Below, one piece after another: positions 26,005 to 38,583 of a stretch of 64,000 bases of DNA (the stretch's first letter is position 1; every line of letters begins with the position of its first letter). Source of the stretch: Botryllus schlosseri (Eukaryota); assembly GCA_051294905.1 (NCBI GenBank), contig CM119371.1, positions 20,090,001 to 20,154,000 of the forward strand. The letters run 5' to 3'. The notes below the pieces were generated by a model. That model had not been told where the DNA came from and searched no databases. It was given only the letters and a program-made list of their open reading frames with translations. The position numbers and the translations under genes are program-made.

Positions 26005-26845
26005 TTCAATATTAATATACTATTCAATTGTATATTGAAGTTCTGTACATCCAAGAAGCTGTTCAAATATTTCATTTCATTTTTCAAAATAGAGGACAAC
26101 ACTGTTTCTGAGGAATGCGAACCCGGCAAACAAGGTTTCAGATCAGTCGAAGTGTCATTTTAAATCACCCCCTGCTGTGACTTACAGTTGATGTCTGGCA
26201 ATCCATGAAGAATAAAGCGTTGGGAGCGTAATAAAAATTAACGAGACGGAATTTTTCCTTGCAGGCAAACTACAAGTGACCAGAATTGTTATGTGTTAAC
26301 AGTATGATAAATACACACACGTTCGGCACAGCCCGATAACTTTTAGATCGTCGTCTGTATTTCGCGGGATGCAGTATTTTGCGTAGCATTTATTGACTAT
26401 ACATCGATTGGATGAAGATAGAAATCGTTCCAGAAGACCTATATACATTGCTATAGTCTTTATAGAGTTTTTAATCTATAGAACGGAGGTTAAAAAGTTA
26501 TTAATTGCTCTTATTGCGCACGAAAACGCCAGTTTCGCACATTGGCATAGGTTTGGCGAGGGTGCTGACCATTTTTCAGTAAACTGCACGCCAAATTGAG
26601 ATGTGGGGTCGCGCAACATTTTCGAATCGAAATGTTTGCGAACCCTTGGTCTAGCGCAAGATGAGGAACTATGGTGAAACAATGACGATGCATTTAGTAC
26701 CAATCCACTACGAAGTCATGTAAGGCCGTGCATGTTTCAAAGTCGCTTTTATGTCGATACAAGTGTGTCCAGAATGGTAAAGAAAAAGCCGTTTCAATCA
26801 TTGTTTCATGGCTTAGTACTATGCTTGAAAATCACTTTATTATTC

Positions 26846-27672
26846 CCGGGTTGTCAGATTGGCCCGCTTGGGGCCAAATTCTATAAATTTGTCCCTTTTT
26901 AGCGGCAGTTGGCCCCTCAAAATACTGTTTGGCCCCTTGACCATTTATTTTCAATATTTGGCACTTTTCGAAATTAGTTGACACATGTTATCAAATAATA
27001 TATTTAAATAAATCTCTGTCCGAAATCGAGCTGACAATGCTGACAATGTTTATGCCAATGCAAAAGATTCGAGTGGAAACACTGTGTGAAGATTTTGAGG
27101 CACAATATGAAGATTTGGAATTGTTGTTGTAGAATGTAGTCACTGTTGCAATTGTAGATACAGATTGGTGAGCATGTGGTCGAAAAAATCTCTAAAATGA
27201 CTTGCGGCAAAGTAGCAGAAAAAATAACTGAAAAGGAGTATCCTGATAGTACTCAATGATTGGTAGAAAAAACTTCAATATAACTGGAGAGATTTTTGAA
27301 GAAAAAATACCTAAACGTTAGGTGTATAAGTGTCAAATGTAAAAAAGCTATTCTGGTAATTTTTAGTAAAAATATATATATTAATTGATTAGAATTTTAA
27401 TAACACTCGTGTTAAGAACAAAAAGTTGAATTTTACGATTTTATATTCAGTTGGAAAGGGCTTCTAATATAATCGCAGTTATTGTAGTTGGATTCGGTGA
27501 CCAACAGTACTATCAACAACATAAAACTGTAATTCCAAGTGATTGACAACATGTATATGGGTGATGTTACAACGTTAAAGACGTTGCCACCGTTATTATG
27601 TATTATTGACAACGGTATTAACGTTAATAAATGATTTGGCCCTTTTTTTCCAAAATCTGTCTGACAACCTTG
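26846..27672. mobile_element. hAT-type element (GGTTGTCAGA termini, TTGGCCC motifs)
   Basis: CCGGGTTGTCAGA / TCTGACAACCTTG; TSD TATTATTC vs CATTATAC. Confidence 0.6.
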
Positions 27673-28563
27673 CATTATACCAACCCTACATGAGTGTGAT
27701 ACAGAGCAATAGAGCATTTCTTGAATCGCTTAGCACTGGACAATACAATTAACATGCGTGTGTTATGAGATCGGGGCCAATTACGGCAATATCGCGCAAC
27801 CTTAACTATTTTATTACACAACATTAGAGCATCGTTAAGGCGTTGTGTGCCTTTACGCATGACAACGAAACGAGAAAAGTGATTTTCCACTTAATTTGAT
27901 ACCGTACTTAGAGCCTTATAACGCAGATGCCAAAATGAGTCACCTTTTGACATCGCTAAATCATATATCACCATGACAATGCCACACATCCCTTGATCAT
28001 TGACTATGGCTTTGAAGTCTTAACATTACCTTGAATCTAAGATATTGGTACTTAGATAGAGAGTATGCATTGGTTACATATGAGATATAGAATTGTTTTT
28101 AAATATAGTGTATTTAGTCAGTAAAATAGAATTCCGTAAGATGGTGCCATAATACTGTCTTAAAGTTGATAAATATGACAGCATGGTTGCTCAAATTAAT
28201 TATTGACTGAATCTATAGTAGCTTTCTCGAGTAGAAATTAGGCATTGTTTAGTTTTCATGTCCAATTACAAGTAGAATTAGACATTTTCAAGAGTGAGTA
28301 GAAAACCAATACCTGTCTAACAATAATAATAAAGTAGTTTAAGGAAACAGACTGCAGCCTGGCGTTGCACAGTGATGTGGATCAAGCGCCGTTGACAGCT
28401 TTCAAGGTTGTAAATTGCATCTTCTCAACTGATGAAAGTCTAATAACGTTACAATTTGTCTTGAATTTCCGAAATTCTCCTCAGTTGCTTACAGAAAACG
28501 GTTTCTGAGACAATTTCTGTCGTAAAAATTTGTAGGAGTCTGCCGCAATACTATATTCTAGTC

Positions 28564-29267
28564 CAGAGTTTCTCAACCTTTTTGTCTTCGCGGACCCCTT
28601 TGGGACCGTCACGGACCCCGCAGACCCTCACGAAGTTTTTGTTCAAATTCAGCTCAATTATCGCACAATCGTCATCTGCCTTGTGTAAATGATACCTGTA
28701 GCCTGAGTGATAAATGTTTCTTGCTGTATATTGATTATGGCTTCCCTGTGCCATCAAACAGAGATGAGATAAGAGAAAAAGCGGTCAAGCACGAGTGATA
28801 TGGTCATGCACAGTTAGGTAAGACCTGACGTCATACCTTACTACTCTACAGGGAAGCACCATCATAATTTATACAATAACCCACGTAACAATAAATCAAA
28901 ATGACTTTTCTTGAAATATAAGACCATACGAAACATGTAGAAATTTGGTTGACTTCTATTATTTCAAAGCGAATTCTGCACCTGCATTTCTTGAAATATG
29001 TGGTCGTGTCTTGAAAATCCGCGCCGTCGATTTGACATGAACAAGTGCCAAAAATCCATTTCCCCAAATATAGATGGTGACGAATGTAATAATAACGCGG
29101 AACGCTTCCGACGACACATTTGGGTACAATCGCAACAAATTGGCAAACAAGCCCGGCCATTTTTATCTAGCAGCTTATACTGAAGTTATTATGGAAAAAT
29201 GGTTATGTATCACAGGAGAAAACGGATTTTTGTAAACATTTCGAAGTCACCCGGTTGAGAACTGCTG
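28564..29267. mobile_element. hAT-type MITE
   Basis: CAGAGTTTCTCAACC / GGTTGAGAACTGCTG; TSD TTCTAGTC vs TTCTAATC. Confidence 0.75.
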
Positions 29268-29752
29268 TTCTAATCTAATGAATATAAAACAGAAAAAGTA
29301 GATATTTGGCTTTCCGTTGGTATGCAAGAGAAAGTAAGCGGAAGTAGCCACGTGAATAAGTAGCGTGAATGGGATAGCTGGAGTCTATACTTTCATGTTT
29401 CGAAATATAAGAAGTACTTCGCTACTCTGGGACTACTATCTGGATCTCATAGTGTTATTGCAAAACATATTCCTATATACTTGTTCTATGTTCGCTTATT
29501 TTACTTCCCATGCTGTTAATATACAAGAGGAAGTAAGCGGGCATAGTCAGTCGAGCAAGTAGCACGAATAGGTTAGTTGGAGCCTATACTTTGATGTTCC
29601 GAAAAAGAAGCACTTCGTTATTGTAGATATCCTGTCTTTGTGTTACTCCGAAGCATGTTGGCCATTCTTATATTTTTGCTCCATCTTCGCCCTTACAATT
29701 AAATTTTAATCTGTGGTCATTTACCAAAACCACATATCGCGTCTTTATTCAG

Positions 29753-29942
29753 ATGTTGTAACGTGTGCTCGCAGCAACTTTATCAGAAGTGCGGCGGATT
29801 GTGGGGTACCGATGGACGATGCGACCCTAAAAAGAGCTTGGTCTGCGTGAAGCGGCCAATTTGTCAGTCGTATACTCAACGGCCTGCTGACCCCATTGCT
29901 ATTCAACAAACGACTGGGGTTTGCATGAAGAAGTATCACGTG
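29753..29942 (+). CDS. IB-domain protein B, coding exon 2 (G-CCNVCSQQLYQKCGGLWGTDGRCDPKKSLVCVKRPICQSYTQRPADPIAIQQTTGVCMKKYHV)
   Basis: Acceptor tctttattcag; splicing rebuilds the GICGCCNVC IB motif; donor GTG|gtgagc at the same position as in paralogs; 111 aa to this point; terminal exon unresolved. Confidence 0.9.
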
Positions 29943-30339
29943 GTGAGCATTCCCATAGTATACACTGTCCTTCTCATACAATGGATCATCTTTATAACTA
30001 GTTTTTTACATACAACATTTACTTCGAGGATTAGTTCGAGATTCTCTATACATGCCGAGTAGGATAGTTCGAAAATTGGTATTTAAATAAAATTGCGGCT
30101 AATAGCTAAATGTTTTAGTTTGACTAAAATAACAGAACGCGCAAAATTTGGCTTTATTCCAACGAGTAGCAGTGAATCAACTTAGAGCTGGAAATATATG
30201 AAATTATTATAAAACATATTAAAAAACATAAAACAATTTCAAATACTACCGTCTACGAACGATATGAGCATGTATTTAAAAGGACCGAATTTAGTTATCT
30301 TAAGTAGTTCAACATCATGGGTCATCTTACACACCGGGT

Positions 30340-30966
30340 TGTATATCCCTCGTAATTGCTTATGGTTCGTTTTCGGCCCGCCAACTGTTATAAATGACAG
30401 CCTGTACAAACTAACTCACTATACCCTTGCCTATGCTAGTTTCGATCATGTTTTGAAGTTTGCGGTGAACTGTGACGTCATTAGATTTACCCTGCGTTTG
30501 AAATCATGACGTCATGTGCTCTCTTTCATAACGAGCTTTCTATCCTTCATGACCTTAGCACAGTTAGTATTTGGATATTATTCTAACTATCTCCGAAATT
30601 CTTCCTGTTCTCCAGGTCACCGTGTGCCGGATGTGCCAATCTTTTGGGATGGTCTGCCCGAACGTATACATGCAGATGACAGGAGCGTAAAAAAAGCAAA
30701 CGTGTTTGATTGCGGTTGCGAAATGGTGGCCTAATGTAAACGAGTCAACACACCGCATATACAGAAGAGAATTGATCAACTACTCTTCGTCTGTATTTTT
30801 CAAAGGGGTATTGGGAAAAGTTTAGTTGCCGTAAGATACTGCAGAATAGCTTGTTGTTGTTGTGAAAGGGCGTCAACTGTACGTATGCAAGTTAAATACT
30901 GTCAAATAAGCAAAGCATCGTACCACGCGTGACTGGTGACTGAGTAATCAGTAATAATACCGAATC
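30340..30966 (+). repeat. ~630-bp dispersed repeat, copy 1 (copy 2 at 48997-49629)
   Basis: Colinear similarity over the whole length; two TGACGTCA palindromes in each copy; no termini recognised. Confidence 0.85.
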
Positions 30967-31219
30967 AATGTAGACAGGTGATGCCAAGTAAAACTTGTTG
31001 CGGACCCTATTTTTTGCAATCTCTGCCGTGGTTTCAGAATTAGACACATTTCAGTAATGTTAATTATGTTACAATACTCGTCGACGTTCTCATGTTGCGA
31101 GCTGCTATCTCGCTATAATTTATTGGAAGGTGAAAGGACGCATATTTCGCCGTATTGCGTCGCTTTCGCTATCTGGAATGCCTTTCTGTAAGTAGTGTGG
31201 TAACACAGCATGTTGTATG

Positions 31220-32325
31220 CCAGGGGTCACGGACCACTTTTCAAAATTGTTAGAGGCCGCAGGCCGCATGACTTCAACATCGAGATAAAAATAGGCAACG
31301 CAGTTAAGCAGCTACGTTTTGATAACTCTACGTCGGTACAACGCTGGGCTCTCTAACATGGGCGAAGGCCGAAGTTACCACAAAAGACATACTAACTTAT
31401 TGAAGAAAATACAAATACAAAAAAAGTAATGATCATAAATTTCATTCTCTTTTAAACTATGAGCTGCACACGATACCTGACAACACTCGTCAGCAACTAA
31501 GCCTACGGCCGCATTCTCGTGCATAGTCGTAATGATCTAACTGGAGGCCAAATACCCACGTTAAACTGTATATGTCCATTGTCGGTGAACTGCGGACTAA
31601 TGTATTTACACATATCGACGTACTATGCGCACCGAAATCATGAGTAGTCATGCTATGAATAGTGACATGGATTCGCTTTGTAGTCGCGCGCAGCACGAAA
31701 ATATTTTTATAGTCTTCACTGAGGTTCGTCAATAGTAATAGTAGGCCTATAGTTTTACATATTACTATCAAATATTTATCATTTCTTAGCCCATGTGATC
31801 AAATTCACTGGTGGAGTTGATGCAAGGGGTGTCTTCGACAAATTAGGGAAGTTATTCAGGCTGCGCTGCATCTTTGGGTGGGCCAATTGCAATTAGTTCC
31901 CTTTGAGGCATGCTGTTATTTTTTCGACATTCCGTCAGGATTGTCGGTATAGAGGAAATATTTTTGATTCGCCCAAACGTAGGCTTACCAGAAATGAATT
32001 TTCTTCGTGATGAGGAGAACACGATTACAAATTTGTATTTCTTTTTGGAGCGCATCGTTTTCCTCGCTGTTCGTATCTGCACTGTGGGGCTCAGATTACA
32101 AAGGACACTACTATATTAAAATCGAAAATTAACAGGCATTGAACTGTGCGTAGCGTGAAGAAAATTTCAAGAAAATTTCAAGAAAATTTCATTCCTCTCA
32201 TTATTTAATGAGTCAATTCGTAAATTCAATTTGCATATTGATGGCCGCCAACACATCCCAATCTAAATAATTGTCCTTGACGGCCGCATCATTTCCATTC
32301 CACTGCCGCAGATTGGTCACACCCG
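31220..32325 (+). mobile_element. hAT-type non-autonomous element (related to 22477-23263)
   Basis: CAGGGGTCAC start, GGCCGCA motifs, shared internal blocks. Confidence 0.55.
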
Positions 32326-33144
32326 CACTAAAGAATCGATATTGGGGTTAGCTAGTCACTGTACTTGCTGCAAAACCATCTCCTCGAATAGCTTGGTCTT
32401 TTGGGGAGCCCGAATTCGTTTTCCAAGCTTCTCGGTCTTGGCAATGGTAAGCCATTGTACGTCAAGGTAATTTGACCATTCATATCAGCAAATTCTTCCT
32501 CCATGGCATGAAATTGCCGAAGCCGTATCAGCAAGTAAGAAATAGTGATATAGGGCACACGAGAATATAGCTTACTTTGAACAACAGCAACAACACTATG
32601 TTCAAACTGATATCAATTTCAACATTTCAAAATGGTTTACTAAGCGTTCTTCCGAAATTTCAAATCAGGTCGCGGGCCGCAAAATATGATCTCCCGGTGT
32701 TGGTGACCCCTGTTGTATGCGATAAATTTGAATCTTCGCAGAGCCTACATGTGAACACGTGAGAAATATTAGTGGATAATTTGGCGGTCCTTAACCTTCA
32801 CTCGCCAGCTGAAGCCGAACGCAATTTTGCAAGCGTTTGGCCATCCCCAAAAACAAATCTGCACGGTACTGTACGTCTAATACAGGGGTTCCCGAACTTT
32901 TATGGTCGCGACCCCATATTTCTACAGGAAAACTTTGCGCGAACCCATCTCTCAATTTGACGTGCTGGTTACCAAAAATAGTCAGCACCTACGCCCAAAC
33001 CCACTCTCGGCCTATGTGCAAAGCTGACCACTATGTGCGTAGTGATAGCAATTATGAACTCGTCAACCTCTGTCTGTAGATTCAGAAACTCTGTCAAGAC
33101 TATAGCTAAGTATATAGGTAGGCTATTTAGGAACGATTTCTATT

Positions 33145-33374
33145 TGTTATGTTATGTATGATGGCAATAAGAAATTAGTATATTATCAGCAGTATGACTT
33201 TAAGACAGGCGACACGATCCAGAGTGCAGTTATAAACAAAAGAGACCAGTAGACAACAGAACACAGGGTATAAATACGAAGCACGACACACGAAGAAATA
33301 ATGATTGGCGGTAATTACTAATCCTAGACAAATACGAGACAAACGACACCAACGTAAAATGCATGAACATAACA
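33145..33374 (-). mobile_element. Solo LTR, 230 bp
   Basis: TGTTATGTT...GAACATAACA termini; perfect 5-bp TSD CTATT (33140-33144, 33375-33379); homologous to the split LTR at 75-4130. Confidence 0.85.
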
Positions 33375-36300
33375 CTATTCATATCCAATTGAAGTACTAC
33401 GCGAAATACCGCGTCGCCAGTAATACAGATAAAGATCTGTAAGTTATTCGGCCGCGCCGAGCATGTGTTTATGCGCTATACCAGGGGTTCTCAACTTCCC
33501 ATGTATAACCGGACGCATTTTAACAGCAAAAGACGCTGCGGGCCGCAGAACATTATGGTCATGTATTTTTGGGCCACTATTAAATTTACGCTACTCTAGC
33601 CTATATACCAGTCGTTTACGGGCGTTTAGTACATTTTTTATGCATTCAAAAGCAATAATTGGGCAGCGTTCGTAAGTTTGCAGTTGCTGTTTTTGTGAGA
33701 ATATATATCTTCCAACGGCGCAAGTAAATCCCTTCGTGGAACTTGCATTGGATTCATTGCCAAGTCGGTATATCTACCTTCAAACCCGGTCAGCAAAGAA
33801 CGGAACTCTATGTTTCAATGCGTGAGCGAGCAAATATTAAATTACGGTAACTTTTTCGTTAAAGAGGTCATTATCACTTTGAGCTCTCAGTGATATGAGA
33901 AAAAGTCTGGCGTTTCAGGGGTCATTTCTGAGCACACCAACCAACCCTTCTTTCCTTCAAGGGCCGTAGCCCTGAAGCAATAGTTAGAGAAGTCAGATTT
34001 GTCAAGCTGATGTTTTTCGCTGGTCCCCTCCCCACGTTTGCCTTGACAGCATTTCCTCTGCCAATAGGTTCACTCTGATAAAACGCACCCAGATAATTAC
34101 AGCTATGCAATATCTGTAGAGTCGGTGGATTCGTCTAATGCTAGGCCAAAATATTCTAGGCAGCAACGTGTAGAACATGCGATAAAATATCGACTGACAT
34201 TGCTGCTACTCTTCTGGTAGCGGTTGAATCAGACCACTGTAACTTCGAAATTTGTCAGGGGATGGTGTCAGTGCTGCTAAGTTCTGGAAACAGCGAATAT
34301 ACGCACAGTATGTAAAAGTTTTATTGATATCACACCTTCTCAAGCAGATTTCTTGGGTTTTGCGATATTACGAGGCATCTGTAACGTCGTCGGCAATTTT
34401 AACAATGGCTCGAAATATGGATTGCTGGGCTTGCCACCTATAGCAAGCACCAATTTTTAAAGATCGGGCGATATGCATAACTCCAGAAGAAACTTTAGTG
34501 GTATCATTTTAAGCTTCTACGTTTCGTTACGACAAATGCTCTTCGACAAATATGACACATCGGTTTTCTATTTATACCCGAGAAAGCAAAGTCATTGTTC
34601 CACGCAGAGTTACAAACCCAGTTTTCGCCGTTTTTCCTGTCCCTTCTTGTTTCTGTTCAAACTTTTCGCGGCGAGTGAAACACTCTTTTATAGTGTACTA
34701 CGCAGCGATATTCTCTTAAACCAGAGGCCAGACGAATACCGATTCGAGACAATAACAATCTAAACTCGAGCATATATCAAGAAACCAGAACACATCAAAG
34801 AATGAGTATTCAAACGAAACAGTGACGGCGTGATAAGAGAGCCAAGTAGCTAAATTACCATGTAACAATAATGTGCCAGTAGTAATTGCGTTCATAATAA
34901 AATATGTCACGGGTTGAGAACCCATGCATTTTACTGCTAACACATAGCACTACCGGTCAATTGTAGTTTTTTACCCACTTGTGAGACGAATTATACCTAT
35001 TTCCTTATCAACAAGGAATCCGAACAACTAATAGTTTGATGAGCCGTTGTAATTGGATTATTAAGTTTAAACTCGAGACATTAATATTACTTTGGAAATA
35101 CACACTAATTATCACATATATGTTTATAACTATTTGCAACGCCTCAATATGTCCAATCGAACATCCACTTCAGTTCAGTTTATTATTACAAATCTCATCC
35201 AATCAGTGCACTGCTTGAATTCGATACCATGAAAAGATAGGAAGATGTCTAAAAGACTTGGAGTAGTCCTAGAAATCAGACACCCACCTGGGCGTAGGCG
35301 ATGTAAGAAAAGAGGCATGCCCACCGGATGTGCTAGAAGATAATATTAAAGGACAAGCGACAACTTGAAATACAATACAATGGGGTTAACAGTAAATAAT
35401 CACAGCTCATCCGAAGTATCAGAAATGGAAACCAATCTATTAGAACCTCAGAGCCTAAGCATGTTCTGTCATTCATTTATAAATGGCAAAATAGTTATAA
35501 ATGGCAAAATAGTTCCGTTGTATAGCTAAACAGTTAAAGATTCGCAGGGTCCCAGCTTGTTCCGGTTGTGTGTTCACAATTCAATCGATTATGCATACAT
35601 TTTTTCCCTTAGCTTTGAAACCTACGTGACAGCATTTCGCTGTCAGCTGCTGCAGAGCTGTCAAATTTGGTACTTTCCCTTTTCACGGAGACAGACCGCT
35701 AACAATTACATTTTTGCCGGTACGCAGCACGAAAACAACGCAATGAGGAAATTATTTTCCGCATAAATCAGAACCGCAAAGCGATAACTGATAACACAAG
35801 TCGAATACCACACGCTCCTTGGTCTAAAATCTTGAACCTAGGCATTGCAACAAAATCCAGTGTTAGCTACTTTAACAAAATAAATAGCCTGAGAAGGTGG
35901 CTAGTGATAATGTAATCTTCGGCCGTCTTGCTTGTGCGTCCGTCAAATGGGAAGAACCTCAAATTTAAACGGTACTGAATCAATCAAGCGATTTATTTAC
36001 ATAAAGTTCAGGCACTGCCGCGGTTGGCTGGGGTTGTTTAACTTCTAGCTTGCACGCCATTGCGTCACAGATAACATTGAGATGCAGCTAATCAATAACA
36101 TACCTCTTTTGTAGGAAAATCAAAGAGAGAACCACACTAGAAATAGTTTCATGGCATGTTTTTTTAAATCACTCCATTACATTTCACGCAATAGCCTATT
36201 TCATAAAAGTTGCAGTGAAAAGTGGTATGAAAAAATAGAAAAGTTGCAAAATGTTGCACTACAAAATTCTTTCAAACAGCTTAGAACACCATACTACATA

Positions 36301-36532
36301 ACCTATGCGTATTTAGGGAGGTTCCGGAGGCTGTAAATAAAAGTTGCAAAACCTTCTCGTAATTACACGTTGATCAGATGTCCATAACTTTATTTCTTTT
36401 TCCCATGCCCCGCTGCTTATTATCCAGTTTAACCAGTATATTGCGACAACTGCTTCTTGCAATTCATCTGAAAATACAAAATAATGTCCAGATTCACTTT
36501 TACTCAAGGAAAATAGTTTCGTTGAGTAAATG

Positions 36533-36758
36533 TAGGGTTGACATAAGGGACCATTCGGGAGCTGGACCGGAAGGTCAATGTTTTTTTTAGTCAACCATGT
36601 GAACGAAAAAACTGTATTTCGGGCGCTGAGCGCGAAAGTTGACCTTTTTTCAGTCAACCGACCACGAAGTGAGAGAAATTTATCATTCTCCGGATTTGCA
36701 AGGCTGAAAATTCTTAAAAAGTGTCCTCTTTTCAGATTTCAAAAATATGGTAACCCTA
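36533..36758. mobile_element. TAGGGTT-terminated hAT-type MITE (family of 43923-44301)
   Basis: TAGGGTTGACAT / ATGGTAACCCTA; TSD AGTAAATG vs GGTAAATG. Confidence 0.75.
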
Positions 36759-38583
36759 GGTAAATGGTATATTAAACATGCTATAAAAAGGTCAGGCTAA
36801 CAACTGCCTAGTGCCTATAAGTCCACAATATCGAATCGTATATTGTGATGTCGTACGTTGTCAGCACTTTCCTATCCTAAGAAAACGGGATCTACTGTTT
36901 TTGTTGTTGCTGTCATTGGTATATGATAGTGTCCATGGTATTGTGTAATCTATGGTCATATAGCATCAAGATGGTGATTATATAAACTAAACCTCCTGAG
37001 GTGCCAACTTCGAGCACATCTCACTTTGATTTTAGGTCAGTGCATCTCAAACGTTCTTGACTCATCGCACCTGATCATGCTCCACATTATTTGACCCCTA
37101 ACATTCAGAGGTGATTAGTAGAGAAATAAGTCTACCCTTCCGGACTACTCGAGTAGTCCTTATATACTTACATTACATAGTCAAGTAGTTTCATTTTCAT
37201 ACACCGAATATAGGCCTACTCACTCGAATTGTTTTGATGATAAATACTATTGTTGCGTTTCAAATTTTGCGAAGTAAAAGTTATTTCTTGGGTGCACTTC
37301 AATCGGTTTTATGAGTGACGAGTATAGGCCCATTTAGGGTATTTAGTGTATCTCCCGCTATGAAGTCAAACACTCACGAGATAAAAATGGATGGAAGGTT
37401 ATCAGTTTAACATCAATGTCCATCGATCAAGAATTCAACTTCGCAAAAACACGAAAATGAAAGCATGAAGACCCGACAATATCGCGTATCTATCGACCCT
37501 CACCATTCCACCAGCCCTTGGTAACAATTGGTGTTGTAGCTGTGAAATGCACGCTGCAACATACACGGCGCCAGGATCCTAAACTTGATATTCTTTAAAA
37601 AGCTATGGTGCTTCAACAATCGATATACATTTCACGCTAGCCTTACATATGAATTATGCTAGATCTTGGTTAAATGTCTTCCGGATTAATATGAATCGCC
37701 AAGTCGCTGGTACACCACTGAAGAGCGGAATCTAGTTCGTTCGAATTCTACTGTAGTATATAGGTTTAACTGTATATTCGGTGTATCCTGGATTCCCAGT
37801 CACCCAAACTGTATAAATAGAGTATTATTGAAGCAAAGAGAGGGTATTGCTATAAGTTGATATAAATTTCTAAAAGTAGGAAATGTTCTAGAAGAATATG
37901 TCGCGACACAAACCTGGGTCGCGAAGGGTATAATTTTCGGTCGTGGGAACGCCATAGCGATCGTTTAATATGTATGTAATATTTGTCGAATTTCTTGCAA
38001 ATATTAAATATCTTCGCGCTGGTAGCGATTTCTAGTGGATGGTTTGCACGTATAGCTAGGGTCAATCTGTGGGTGCGCTGATGAATAAGCGGGGCACGCA
38101 CGAAAGTCGTAAAAATACGAGGTGGCTTGATCGAGGAAATTGGCCGAGCTTTGATACAAAAGTTGATTTGAATTCGTGAAAATGTTCTTTCGACATCTGT
38201 ATCTCTTTGAAACACAATCGGAGACCGTTGGAATTCGTGAGAGTAGAGTTATACCTGGGTATGAGCGATGGCATTTAAAGGCGAGCCCCATTGCGCAAAT
38301 GCGACGTACAGGGGGAAATGCACCCGAATTTGAAAGTCCGTCCGCCAGACATGTTTCATATGACTGCGGTACGTGCAGTTGTTGTTTGCACGGTCTCAAA
38401 TTCATACATACCCGTGAAATCATAGCATACTAATATTGAGAATGCATTCTTCCTGGCGTATGCGGCTTGGGTCGCCAGATGCCAGTAAAACTAAATATAT
38501 AGTGTGTATGAGTGTCCGTGATCACAAAAATCAGTTTATAAATACTGAAATACGATATTATCTGGTTAATTTGTAGCCTTTGT

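Larger units (their letters stand above)
25696..26029. mobile_element. 334-bp palindromic element (155-bp arms, 24-bp spacer), probably Penelope-derived inverted terminal repeats
   Basis: Arms 25696-25850 and 25875-26029 differ at 8 positions; flanked by a 14-bp direct repeat GTATATTTAAATTC / GTATATTGAAGTTC; each arm contains a hammerhead core. Confidence 0.8.
25551..26648. mobile_element. hAT-type element in the intron of IB gene B; hosts the palindromic insert
   Basis: CAGGGATTCCCAAAC ... GTTTGCGAACCCTTG; TSD GTCTAACC vs GTCTAGCG (6/8). Confidence 0.6.

Noticed and set aside
38004..38423. 139-aa Cys-containing minus-strand ORF downstream of C1
   Set aside because: The paralogous DNA has an in-frame TAG at ~54400 and further stops and indels; no frame I tried is open in both copies.
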